DNA of 52,003 bases from Bacteroidota bacterium (lineage in GTDB: Bacteria; Bacteroidota; Bacteroidia; Cytophagales; MED-G16), in NCBI GenBank assembly GCA_036166035.1, contig JAYZHZ010000103.1, forward strand, positions 1 through 52,003, given 5' to 3'. A program made the translations under genes and the position numbers. Positions 15,815 through 24,918 of the stretch are shown here, one piece after another. The notes beneath the pieces are model-generated. The model was not told the DNA's origin. It made no database searches and worked only from the letters and a program-made list of their open reading frames with translations. How positions within the stretch are numbered: position 1 is the stretch's first letter; each line of letters begins with the position of its first letter.

Positions 15815-18371
15815 TACGCATCATATTAATTTTCTCTGCTTGAATGTGTCTTCCACCTCTTCCAGTTTTATCAAATGCTCTTAATACTACAACTTCAGAT
15901 GGAGAAATCAGAGTTTTTCCAATATATAATTCATCCTCTGAAGATGGCACAGAACCATCTCTGGTAAATCTTACGTTCATTCCGGGAAAGATTGAATTTA
16001 CAAAAAGAGTATCGTCACTTATTATAGCTCCAGGTTTTGGTAAATCAAAATCAACCCCGCCAAATAATATCGGTAGATGATGAAGAGTTCTATGACCTAA
16101 AGTATTTACGAAATAACTCCACTCTTTATTCATCAAATTATCTATTTCAGGATTCAATAAGTCTTTAGTCCATTCATCCTGCTGTGACCACGCCTTTTCA
16201 GCTAGAAAAATAAGATTTGGGTACATTAATTCATCAAATATTCCCTCATTTCGAACGGTTTCAGTCCACATTTGACCCTGTACTCCAAGAAAATTATCAA
16301 TCATTTTTTCATCAAGTACAACTGCATTAGGGTTTTTATATTTTTTAAACGGAGAATCAAGATATGTTTTTGAATAAACATTTAAAGGTTCTGTCAGCCA
16401 AGAATCCTTATAATTAACAATTCCTGACCAGGAAAGACCATAATTCTCTGGATCTAAATCATCAGTCATATCAAAATAAAAAGCCGAAGAATTACTCATT
16501 ACTACTTCATAACCAAGATTAGCAAATTTATATACCATATCCTCTCTTCCTCCCCCCCAGTAATTATTCCACACGTAAGGAATAAATTTTGGACGAAAAT
16601 ATTTTGAAATTAAATCGTCAAAGTTTCTATTGATTTCAATTGAGTGTTGTTCATCTTCACCGTGTACAAGTAAAACATCCTCCCAACCACTTACCTCTAT
16701 TCCCTTACTATTTAATAAATTTATAATTCTTCTAAATGCATTTTCAAGAAGATTATCATAAGAAACTGAAGTATTTTTATCAACAAATTCCTGGCAAACT
16801 GGGGATCCTACCCAAGCACCATAGGGTAATTCATCACCACCTACATGAAAGTTTTTAAGTTTTATACCTGCCTCATCAAACATATAAGAAACTTCATCGA
16901 TCACCTTTTCAATAAATTTAAAGCTACTCTCTCTACATATTGATATAACATTATCATTATATCCCTGAGCTGAAACATATTTACTCTTATCATTAAGATC
17001 TGAAAGTAGATATTCTTCTGCTCCTAGGGTATCTCCTTTCTCTAAATAGTTAAAATATCTGGACTCCATTGCTTTCACTGCTGCTCTTGAGTGTGCAGGA
17101 AAATTTATTTCGGGAATTAATTCAATATTTCTATCATTTGCGTATTTAATAATTTCTATAAATTCATCTCTTTTGATATATCCAGAACCATGTAAGCGAT
17201 CAACAGATGAGCCTGATCCGTAAGCAGGATTTAAATGATCCCTCTCATCAATGGTATAGCCTCTTTTAGAACCTACATCTGTTAGTTCAGGTAAATCAGG
17301 AATTTCAATTCTCCAACCTTCATCATCTGTTATATTTAAATGAAATTTATTCAATTTAAAATAGTGCATATAATCAAGAAGTTGCTTAATCTTCTTTGGT
17401 CCATGAAAATTTCTAGATATATCTAAGTGTATTCCTCTATATCTAAATCGAGGAAAATCATGAATTTGAAAGTTAGAAATATAATTTGAACCTTCATTTT
17501 TTGCGTTCATAAACAGTTGAAATAAACTAGTTAGTGCATGAGACAACCCTATTTTATCTTTCACATAAATATGTACTAAGTCATCCAAAATATTCATTCT
17601 ATATCCCTCATTCGACACCTCATAAGTGTCCTTGTATAATTGAGTTATTTTAATATCAACCCCCCCCATTGGTTCTTTTAGGTCATGTTTTATTTTTAAA
17701 TAATTTTCTGCATTATTAAAATACATCCATATAGTTTCTTTGTATTCATCAAAATAGGTTTCATTACTAAGCCAAAGTGTAAGAGTATCTTTTATTTCAA
17801 ATTTTCCATCAAGTTTTTTAATGGTTTTGGGTGTTGGAACAATATGACCTATCATGTTTCCGTGTAGATGCTTTGTCGGTTTATTTTGTTCATACCTTGT
17901 TATAGAATTTGGTAAATCTAATTTTTCAATACCTTCTGCTTCCTTCCAATTAATTTTGGTGTTAACGTCATAACTTATATTGTTTGAATCATCCCTTATA
18001 AATACGCCTATCGGGCCAAAAATTATTCTCTCAAGTATGCCATTCATTAAAAATTCAAATTCTATAGATGAATTTTTCTCTAATTTGAAATTCTTAAAAC
18101 TTAACTTTTTATAGTCACCATTAATTGATTCATAACTTACTCCTTTTGGCAGTGAATTATTATCGAAAGATCCTGATAGCTGACTCCAGTACATATCCCA
18201 CTCTTTGGAGACAATTGAGTTATTAGAGTTATTTGTTAATATAAAATTTACAGTTGATGTGTTATTTTCTGGATCAACTTTTTTAATATCTAAAACAAGA
18301 GAAAAGTTATCTTTATCATTTTCAGAGCAGCTGAAAAATACAAAAAGAAGAAATATAGTATATAATCTCAC
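15804..18371 (-). CDS. GH20 beta-N-acetylhexosaminidase lipoprotein
   Basis: 855-aa ORF. The lipobox VFFSC requires the GTG start at 18371. GH20 catalytic-domain motifs: FRYRGIHLDISRNF, FHLNITDDEGWR, HVGGDE. Confidence 0.9.
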   Translation of the reverse strand: MRLYTIFLLFVFFSCSENDKDNFSLVLDIKKVDPENNTSTVNFILTNNSNNSIVSKEWDMYWSQLSGSFDNNSLPKGVSYESINGDYKKLSFKNFKLEKNSSIEFEFLMNGILERIIFGPIGVFIRDDSNNISYDVNTKINWKEAEGIEKLDLPNSITRYEQNKPTKHLHGNMIGHIVPTPKTIKKLDGKFEIKDTLTLWLSNETYFDEYKETIWMYFNNAENYLKIKHDLKEPMGGVDIKITQLYKDTYEVSNEGYRMNILDDLVHIYVKDKIGLSHALTSLFQLFMNAKNEGSNYISNFQIHDFPRFRYRGIHLDISRNFHGPKKIKQLLDYMHYFKLNKFHLNITDDEGWRIEIPDLPELTDVGSKRGYTIDERDHLNPAYGSGSSVDRLHGSGYIKRDEFIEIIKYANDRNIELIPEINFPAHSRAAVKAMESRYFNYLEKGDTLGAEEYLLSDLNDKSKYVSAQGYNDNVISICRESSFKFIEKVIDEVSYMFDEAGIKLKNFHVGGDELPYGAWVGSPVCQEFVDKNTSVSYDNLLENAFRRIINLLNSKGIEVSGWEDVLLVHGEDEQHSIEINRNFDDLISKYFRPKFIPYVWNNYWGGGREDMVYKFANLGYEVVMSNSSAFYFDMTDDLDPENYGLSWSGIVNYKDSWLTEPLNVYSKTYLDSPFKKYKNPNAVVLDEKMIDNFLGVQGQMWTETVRNEGIFDELMYPNLIFLAEKAWSQQDEWTKDLLNPEIDNLMNKEWSYFVNTLGHRTLHHLPILFGGVDFDLPKPGAIISDDTLFVNSIFPGMNVRFTRDGSVPSSEDELYIGKTLISPSEVVVLRAFDKTGRGGRHIQAEKINMMRNDE

Positions 18372-18375
18372 AGAA

Positions 18376-18406
18376 CTAATCTACAACTATTTCTAAATCT
18401 TTACAA
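18376..18406 (-). promoter_or_regulatory. Putative promoter of the GH20 operon: TTG, N20, TAGATTAG; box ends 4 nt before GTG 18371
   Basis: The plus strand reads ctaatcta at 18376-18383 and caa at 18404-18406. The 15-mer at 18376-18390 is identical to 48457-48471. Confidence 0.5.
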
Positions 18407-18425
18407 TCAAGATTAAACAATACAT

Positions 18426-19832
18426 TTATCTACTCCCTTTTGGGTTAGGAGATTGAAAATCAGGGTATGGATATTCATCTGGAACAATAACTGTTCCAGT
18501 AGAAACAGTAACTGGAAAGTTATAATCTTCTTTTAAAATTATTTCAAAAAAAACTGCTTTATAACCTTGCTCTGGTTTAGAGATTTTAAAACCATATTTT
18601 CCCGAATCATTTTTAGCAATATCTTCTGAAACCCACGACTCTCCAATTACTGGTTTTCTAAAATCTCTTGATTCTTTATTGGTAGCAAACCACTTTTTTA
18701 TTTCATAGTTATAATTATTATCAACGTTTATATATACACTATCACGATTAACTTTCCAATTGTAAAAATCTAAACTTTTATCATTTATAAGGGTTTTATA
18801 ATATGAAACTATATCGTTATTAACATATGATCCATAAAGGCTGTGGCCAGCATTAGGTATGTATGATAAGTGTTTCTTACCATAAAGATCATCCCAATAA
18901 AATTTCCATGAGTCGGTTACAAAAAATTCATCACTCGATGCATTTACTATAAATTTTGGCATTTTCAGTTTGTCTCTAAACGAATAAGGTTCAACAATTT
19001 TTATTAGTTTTTTGTATTCATCTGATCCCATCCAATCCATAATCCCCTCATTTATGTAGTCTTCTATTGCAGGTGACCAGTCACCGTATACTCTCCAATG
19101 ATGTTTAAATGAAGGATAAACATTAAGCATATCTATTACAACTGGAGCTAATCCCATTACCCTATCATCAGCAAGAGCAGTTGTCCATGCAGTCCACCCT
19201 CTTTTTGATGCTCCTGTAACAAAAAAACTATCAACCTTATTATAACTAAGACTTATTTCTTGTACCACATCCATAGCCCTTGAGACAGCCCTGGTCATAG
19301 GAAATCTCGCAAGCCATTCTTGATCTTCATCTTTAGCTCCACCCTCTAAATATTTTCTCCATCCATAAGCAATTAGATCATCTTCATACCTATGTAATTT
19401 CTTATCTCCTTTAAATTTAGTGGGTTGAAAAGGCACATTATTAATATTTGCAATTATTGAATTTGTTTCCAAAGCAACATTTATAATGTTTTGGTCAGAA
19501 GATGGAACTTTTATTTTGTTTGTGGTTGAGTTAGATGAAATAATCATCATCGACTCAGTATGTCGAATTTCATCTGGAATAACTACCGTAACCCAGTGCC
19601 ACCATTCATTATTTTTAACTTCATTTTCAGTCATCCATTTACCCGAAATCATTCTAATTTTAAATTCTGTCCAATTATCTCCCTTAATAGAATCTACTAT
19701 CTCAAATTTAAATGCATGATCTTCTTTTGAAATATAATCCTTAAGAGGATTATATTCTGTACTTTTCTCATAGGAGCATGAACAGAAAAAAAGTAAAGAA
19801 AAAAAGATTATATAAATTCTGTATAAATTCAT
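18426..19832 (-). CDS. PhoPQ-activated pathogenicity-related (PqaA-type, alpha/beta-hydrolase-like) lipoprotein
   Basis: 468-aa ORF with lipobox LFFCSC. WWHWVTVVIP and VTGASKRGWTAWTTALADDRVMGLAPVVIDMLN match my recollection of the PhoPQ_related family. Confidence 0.55.
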   Translation of the reverse strand: MNLYRIYIIFFSLLFFCSCSYEKSTEYNPLKDYISKEDHAFKFEIVDSIKGDNWTEFKIRMISGKWMTENEVKNNEWWHWVTVVIPDEIRHTESMMIISSNSTTNKIKVPSSDQNIINVALETNSIIANINNVPFQPTKFKGDKKLHRYEDDLIAYGWRKYLEGGAKDEDQEWLARFPMTRAVSRAMDVVQEISLSYNKVDSFFVTGASKRGWTAWTTALADDRVMGLAPVVIDMLNVYPSFKHHWRVYGDWSPAIEDYINEGIMDWMGSDEYKKLIKIVEPYSFRDKLKMPKFIVNASSDEFFVTDSWKFYWDDLYGKKHLSYIPNAGHSLYGSYVNNDIVSYYKTLINDKSLDFYNWKVNRDSVYINVDNNYNYEIKKWFATNKESRDFRKPVIGESWVSEDIAKNDSGKYGFKISKPEQGYKAVFFEIILKEDYNFPVTVSTGTVIVPDEYPYPDFQSPNPKGSR

Positions 19833-19872
19833 TTATCTCTAATCTAAATAAAAATTTAATTAATATTGAGAG

Positions 19873-20829
19873 ATGATAAAAAGTAATTACGGAGATCACA
19901 AAGAAATACCAGGAAATCCTTCAGTAGCCAAATCCAGCGTTAAAAAACTTAACGATAGATCAAATAATAAACCCTTGAAACTATTATCCGAAGAAGACTG
20001 GAGTTTTTGGATCGAAAATGGTTATATCGTAATTAAATCTGCAATAACAAAAGAGGAAGCAAATACTACAGCTAACTTTTTGTGGGAATTCGAAGAAAAA
20101 AGTGCTGATGATAAGAGTACATGGTATACCAAAGAGAGGGCCAAGATGGAAATGAAAGAGCTTGCAGGAACTGGAATGGTTGAGGTATATAACAACCAAA
20201 ACCTATGGAATAACAGGCAAAAAAAGAAGATATATAAGGCATTCTGTGACATATGGGGTACGGAAAAGTTGTGGGTAACGATAGATAGGGCTAATCTTAA
20301 TTTTCCTATAGTTGAAGGTTTCTCATATAAAAGCTTTATCCACTGGGATTACGACCCTGACACAAAGCCGCAAAATGTCCAGGGTGTGTTAGCATTATCT
20401 GATCAAACTGATGAAAATACAGGAGGCTTCCAATGTATTCCATGGTTATTCAGAAACTATGACACATGGAAACTTACTCAAAAAAAAGACAGAAATAAAT
20501 TTCAACCAAGTTTGGATGGTTTGGAAGATAAAATTGTTAAAGTTCCTCTTGAAGCAGGAGACCTTCTTATCTTCCATAGTTTTCTTGCGCATGGGATAAG
20601 ACCCAATTTAAGTAAGGACAAGGTAAGGATAGCTCAATACATATCTATGATGCCAGCCGAAGAAGAAAATAATGATTTGGTTAGTTGGAGAATAAATTCA
20701 TGGAAAAACAGAGTAGCTCCCGAGGGTTACGCTTTTCCTGGAGATCCTAGAAATTGGGAACAAAAAAAATATAAAACTGCAGAGCTAAGTAATCTTGGGA
20801 AAAAACTTCTAGGGGTTAATCGGTGGTAA
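19873..20829 (+). CDS. Phytanoyl-CoA dioxygenase (PhyH) family Fe(II)/2-oxoglutarate oxygenase
   Basis: 318-aa cytoplasmic ORF. HxD facial-triad motif (IHWDYD) and distal His (FHSFLAHG) at family-typical spacing. Confidence 0.6.
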   Translation: MIKSNYGDHKEIPGNPSVAKSSVKKLNDRSNNKPLKLLSEEDWSFWIENGYIVIKSAITKEEANTTANFLWEFEEKSADDKSTWYTKERAKMEMKELAGTGMVEVYNNQNLWNNRQKKKIYKAFCDIWGTEKLWVTIDRANLNFPIVEGFSYKSFIHWDYDPDTKPQNVQGVLALSDQTDENTGGFQCIPWLFRNYDTWKLTQKKDRNKFQPSLDGLEDKIVKVPLEAGDLLIFHSFLAHGIRPNLSKDKVRIAQYISMMPAEEENNDLVSWRINSWKNRVAPEGYAFPGDPRNWEQKKYKTAELSNLGKKLLGVNRW

Positions 20830-20834
20830 ATTAT

Positions 20835-23800
20835 TTATTTCTTTACAATTTTCTTAATTAAGATCTTATCTTCTTGAATTATTTGCAGTAAATATATTCC
20901 ATCATTATTTTCCGAGAAATCAATTTCATGTCTAGAGTTATTGGAATCATTAAATAGATTTTTTTCGAAATAATACCTTCCATTAACATCAAATACTTTT
21001 ACGTTGACATTACCCTCCCAAGATTTATCAAATAATAAACTAACAACCCCTTCAGTTGGTATAGGAAATATTTCTATTCCTTTTGTATTTTGATCCTCAA
21101 TACCAAGAATACTCTCATCATCATCTAGAATTATAATATTTCCAATTACAGTATTAATCGATCCAGTAGCATTTTCAATAGATACAACTTTTACAATTAT
21201 AGTCTCGTCTGTCTCATCTTCTAAATCCTGAACTGATGTAATTGTCAATTCTGCAGTATTGCCAGAACTTATAACCAATGGATTAGAACTAATATTATAA
21301 TCTGAAGAAGAAGCTGTTCCACCATCGAAATTAAATGTTACTTTAACATCACCTGAATTTGGCTCTTTATTCAAAGTAGCTATAATTTTAGCCTGGTCTG
21401 CATTCTCATTAATACTTGACCTATCTATATTAAATGTAACTGATGGGAGAGAAATTACATTATCATCATCCTTTATAATTAAAGTTAATTGTTCATTACC
21501 AATAATTTTACCATTTTCAATGTATGAAACGGACAAAATTAAGCTTTCATCATCTTCAATATCAGAATCCTGAACAGAGGTTATACTAAATTCTGGAATT
21601 TCATCATTAGTAATATTAAGTGTATCATGACTTAGGGTATAGTCAGAACTCGAAGCTGTTCCACTTAGTGAAAAAACAATTGAAATTGGGCTGTAAGGTG
21701 AAACTTCTCTGGATAATGATATATTGATTTTAGATTTGTCATCATTTTCTAAAATGGTATCTTTTTCAAGAGTTAAGCTAACTCCCGTTTCTTTTGGTTT
21801 CCAATTCATAAGGCCAGGTATTTCAGCAGTCCAAATACCCCTTCCATATGTTCCAATAACAACCTGACCCTGATCAAAAGGTTCCAAATCATGAATCATG
21901 ACAAATGGGAGATCAGATGTCACTAAATTCCATGATTCTCCTCTGTCTGTTGTTTCAATTAAACCAATTTCTGTTCCTACCCATATTATATCAGAATCAA
22001 AAGGCATTACAACTAGTGAAAATGTAGCTACATTTGGAAAACCATTAGATGAATCATCATCGCCACTAAATTGAAAATTAGGGAGAAATCCTGAAAGATC
22101 CTTCCATGTCTGCCCTAAGTCCTTAGTCTCAAATACCTTAGCTCTACCATATCTACCAAAAAGGATATAAACTGTAGAATCTTCATTAGGATGAGAGTAA
22201 ATTCCAGATGTGTGTGCTGAAACCCCTTTAGGAATTTTTACAGGTGCGAATGTTTTACCATAATCCTTTGACAAAAATATACTGTAATTAGTTGTTTGAT
22301 TAACATATCCACCAGCCCATACAAATCTAGGATTAGCTTCAGATACTTCTATATCACCACCCATGTAATCACTAATTGAAGAACTGCCTTTTAATTTTAT
22401 AAATTCCCAATCATCTCCAAAATTTTCAGTTCTTATAACTCCTTCATATGTAATTCCATATATCATATTAGGATCCTGTTTTGATGTTGCAAGCTTAGAA
22501 ACAAATGGATTGTTATCTTCTTGTTTAAAACCCGATGTACCATGAAATGAATAAGGGCCATTAACTCCCCCATCTGTGGTTATTTTTGCACAACCATTAT
22601 ATTGACATGTTAACATCATCCGTAGAGGATCATCCCAGTGAGTTATACAACCAAAACCATCACCTGAACCTACTCTAGTTGCATATTGAGGATTTGATGA
22701 GTTAGGTTCTCGAGTTAGATAAGTACCATTGTCTTGAGTTCCTCCTATATACTGATTTTTACCTTTGACCTTTGCGGCATAATAGAATTGTGTTGTCCTA
22801 TACCCTATATCTATCTGTGGGTCACTATCACGTTTAGGACTCCAAGCCCACATAAATTCTGTAGCCTGCCAATCATTATCATTAATACCAGGATCAGGAC
22901 TCAAATTTGATATTGCCGGTCCTCCGTCATTACCAACAACTAACCTATAATTTCCTGACCCATCAGCAAAAACACTCATTGTATGCTGATCCGGATGTAC
23001 ATATCCATTCTTCTTGTGTAATCCATCAGAAATATAGTTATATACGTCTGTTAATTCCTCAGATATTTTAGTAGTATCATTTCTGATAGTGAACTTATGG
23101 ATATCTATATCTCCAACATATAATATACTGTCATAGTAGGGATTAATTGCAATAAAGTTATTATATGAACCCTGTCTGCCAATATATGTACTACCAAAAC
23201 CACCATTAAAATAATCAGGGTTACCATATTTATCATTTTCATCAACAAAATACCAGTTATCACCACCATCATAGGTAACATTAATTTGATATCGATGACT
23301 CTCAGTTAAGCGGACAAACATAATGGCATATACTTTGTTTGGATCTGAATGAGAAACAACAATTTCATTTCTTGTGTGATAGCTATTAAATGGCCAAGAA
23401 TCAACTTCATAAACATCAAAACTACTTGTCTCAGTCCAAGTGTTACCAGCATCATCGGATCTAAATACATTACCCCCTTTAACTGCAACATATTGTATGT
23501 TAAAATCACTTGGCGCGGCAATAATCTGGGTTGCACTACCACAATCAGCAATTTCAAGAACCTCAGACCAAGAATTTCCACCATCTGTTGATTTATATAC
23601 ATAAGAATCGCACCAATACTTTCTCTCAGTAGCTATAAGTAAGGTGTTTTCATCATTAGGATCAACGATTATTCTATAGACATTTGCAAATCTTGGATCC
23701 ATTTTACCATCAGAAAGAATAGGAGCTATATTGTTCCATGTAGATCCCCCATCAATGGTCTTAAAGATACCACTTCCATTATCATCACCACTTAAAGATT

Positions 23801-24326
23801 TTTCGCCAGTTCCAGCATAGAGTACTAGTGGATTACTTTTTGATTGTGCCAGTGAAACAAAATCTAAATTTTCGATATCTCTTGTTAAGTTACTCCATGA
23901 CATTGTCATTGTAGAGACATCATAAACTCCCTTCCATATTCCCCCACCTATACTCGCTGCATAATAGGTATTGCCTGTATTGTCTGAATAATCCGTAATA
24001 ATAGCCCTAGTTCTGCCTGATGCGTTTTGGGGCCCTCTCTCAGTAAAAGTTGCAGATTCTGATGCCGAAGCACCGTATTCAAATTCTATGTCATTATTGA
24101 GTCTACTTTGATTCAACAGATTCTTTCTTTGAAGCATTTTTTTTAGTTCCACTTGTTTATAACCAGCATAATAGTTATTACCATCAGGATCTTCTTTTAT
24201 TTTCTTTAAATATTCAACATACCCTTTAATTTCAGTAGGATTTTCTTCTGTAGATACGTTTTTCTTTTCACACGATAAAGAAATAATTATAAGAAAAAGA
24301 AAAAAATGTTTAATTGAAAAACTCAT
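20835..24326 (-). CDS. Large secreted Asp-box beta-propeller protein with two Calx-beta domains and a T9SS C-terminal sorting domain
   Basis: 1163-aa ORF with an N-terminal signal/lipobox (ISLSC). Asp-boxes: TIDGGSTW, STDGGNSW, SDDAGNTW, TYDGGDNW, TKDLGQTW, TTDRGESW. Two Calx-beta units (GTASSSDY ... DDE). The final ~80 aa (IFPIPTEGVVSL...VFDVNGR...GIYLLQI) look like a T9SS CTD. Confidence 0.8.
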   Translation of the reverse strand: MSFSIKHFFLFLIIISLSCEKKNVSTEENPTEIKGYVEYLKKIKEDPDGNNYYAGYKQVELKKMLQRKNLLNQSRLNNDIEFEYGASASESATFTERGPQNASGRTRAIITDYSDNTGNTYYAASIGGGIWKGVYDVSTMTMSWSNLTRDIENLDFVSLAQSKSNPLVLYAGTGEKSLSGDDNGSGIFKTIDGGSTWNNIAPILSDGKMDPRFANVYRIIVDPNDENTLLIATERKYWCDSYVYKSTDGGNSWSEVLEIADCGSATQIIAAPSDFNIQYVAVKGGNVFRSDDAGNTWTETSSFDVYEVDSWPFNSYHTRNEIVVSHSDPNKVYAIMFVRLTESHRYQINVTYDGGDNWYFVDENDKYGNPDYFNGGFGSTYIGRQGSYNNFIAINPYYDSILYVGDIDIHKFTIRNDTTKISEELTDVYNYISDGLHKKNGYVHPDQHTMSVFADGSGNYRLVVGNDGGPAISNLSPDPGINDNDWQATEFMWAWSPKRDSDPQIDIGYRTTQFYYAAKVKGKNQYIGGTQDNGTYLTREPNSSNPQYATRVGSGDGFGCITHWDDPLRMMLTCQYNGCAKITTDGGVNGPYSFHGTSGFKQEDNNPFVSKLATSKQDPNMIYGITYEGVIRTENFGDDWEFIKLKGSSSISDYMGGDIEVSEANPRFVWAGGYVNQTTNYSIFLSKDYGKTFAPVKIPKGVSAHTSGIYSHPNEDSTVYILFGRYGRAKVFETKDLGQTWKDLSGFLPNFQFSGDDDSSNGFPNVATFSLVVMPFDSDIIWVGTEIGLIETTDRGESWNLVTSDLPFVMIHDLEPFDQGQVVIGTYGRGIWTAEIPGLMNWKPKETGVSLTLEKDTILENDDKSKINISLSREVSPYSPISIVFSLSGTASSSDYTLSHDTLNITNDEIPEFSITSVQDSDIEDDESLILSVSYIENGKIIGNEQLTLIIKDDDNVISLPSVTFNIDRSSINENADQAKIIATLNKEPNSGDVKVTFNFDGGTASSSDYNISSNPLVISSGNTAELTITSVQDLEDETDETIIVKVVSIENATGSINTVIGNIIILDDDESILGIEDQNTKGIEIFPIPTEGVVSLLFDKSWEGNVNVKVFDVNGRYYFEKNLFNDSNNSRHEIDFSENNDGIYLLQIIQEDKILIKKIVKK
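21117..21785 (-). repeat. Intragenic tandem duplication: two Calx-beta domains
   Basis: SLSGTASSSDYTLSHDTLNITNDEIPEFSITSVQDSDIEDDESLILSVSYIENG compared with NFDGGTASSSDYNISSNPLVISSGNTAELTITSVQDLEDETDETIIVKVVSIENA. Coordinates derived by counting residues back from the stop codon. Confidence 0.7.
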
Positions 24327-24413
24327 ATAATAAAATCTATGAAAAATAGAACTTTTTATTAAATAAAACTCAAATATTAGTAGTTTAATTAAAATTAAAT
24401 TATCTATTTATAT

Positions 24414-24421
24414 TAGATTGC
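24414..24421 (+). promoter_or_regulatory. -7-like box TAGATTGC ending 4 nt before ATG 24426 (DUF411); no clear -33 element
   Basis: Same TAGATT hexamer and the same 4-nt spacing to the start as at 1625, 18371, 24919 and 48452. Confidence 0.3.
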
Positions 24422-24425
24422 ATTT

Positions 24426-24863
24426 ATGAAAAAAATAATTTTGATTATCATTTTTTGTTCATCCGTATCCTGCGTTGAATCAAAAAATAAAATTCAGGTA
24501 TTTATGTCTCCCACATGTGGTTGTTGCAAGAAATGGGTATCCCATCTTGAAAGCAATGGATTTGAAGTAGAATCAATTTATGAAAATAATATGAGATCTA
24601 TCAAATCTAAGTATGGGATTGGTCAAAATCAATTTTCGTGCCACACGGGAATAATTGGATCTTATTTTATTGAGGGTCATGTGCCAGCAAAAGATATAAT
24701 AGAACTTCTTGAAAAGAAACCTGAAATTGCTGGATTAGCTGTCCCAGGAATGCCAGCAGGTATGAATGTTCCTGGTATGGAGACAACTAAACAAAATGCA
24801 GAATATGATGTCTTATATGTTAGAAAAGATGGATCTGCAGCAGTCTGGAGTAGTTATAAATAA
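24426..24863 (+). CDS. DUF411 (CopG-like periplasmic metal/copper-binding) protein
   Basis: 145-aa ORF with a signal/lipobox (SVSC). Motifs: CGCCKKWVSHLESNGFEV, SCHTGIIGSYFIEGHVPA. Confidence 0.75.
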   Translation: MKKIILIIIFCSSVSCVESKNKIQVFMSPTCGCCKKWVSHLESNGFEVESIYENNMRSIKSKYGIGQNQFSCHTGIIGSYFIEGHVPAKDIIELLEKKPEIAGLAVPGMPAGMNVPGMETTKQNAEYDVLYVRKDGSAAVWSSYK

Positions 24864-24883
24864 TCCTGTCTTTATTCTTATGC

Positions 24884-24914
24884 TTTGAAATATAAACCTA
24901 TAGTTGTAGGTTTA
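24884..24914 (+). promoter_or_regulatory. Putative promoter of the kinase-aminotransferase gene: TTTG (24884-24887), N19, TAGGTTTA (24907-24914); box ends 4 nt before ATG 24919
   Basis: Counted directly. 24904-24922 is identical over 19 nt to 1610-1628. Confidence 0.55.
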
Positions 24915-24916
24915 TA
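24891..24916. repeat. Perfect 10-bp inverted repeat TATAAACCTA-tagttg-TAGGTTTATA overlapping the -7 box
   Basis: Left arm 24891-24900, 6-nt loop 24901-24906, right arm 24907-24916. It ends 2 nt before the ATG. Confidence 0.85.
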
Positions 24917-24918
24917 AT

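Noticed and set aside
23306-23602. 98-aa and 80-aa ORFs (23306-23602 minus, 23349-23591 plus) inside the BNR/Calx gene. The same applies to 26266-26681, 40035-40730, 43282-44609, 45149-45543 and 47626-47889.
   Set aside because: These are alternative-frame or antisense ORFs within long, motif-supported CDSs, with no independent support.
24891-24916. The 10-bp inverted repeat as an intrinsic terminator of the DUF411 gene.
   Set aside because: The stem has only 2 G:C pairs and is not followed by a T-tract (the next bases are ATATGATAAATTC). It also overlaps the next gene's promoter box. It is kept as a regulatory candidate, not a terminator.
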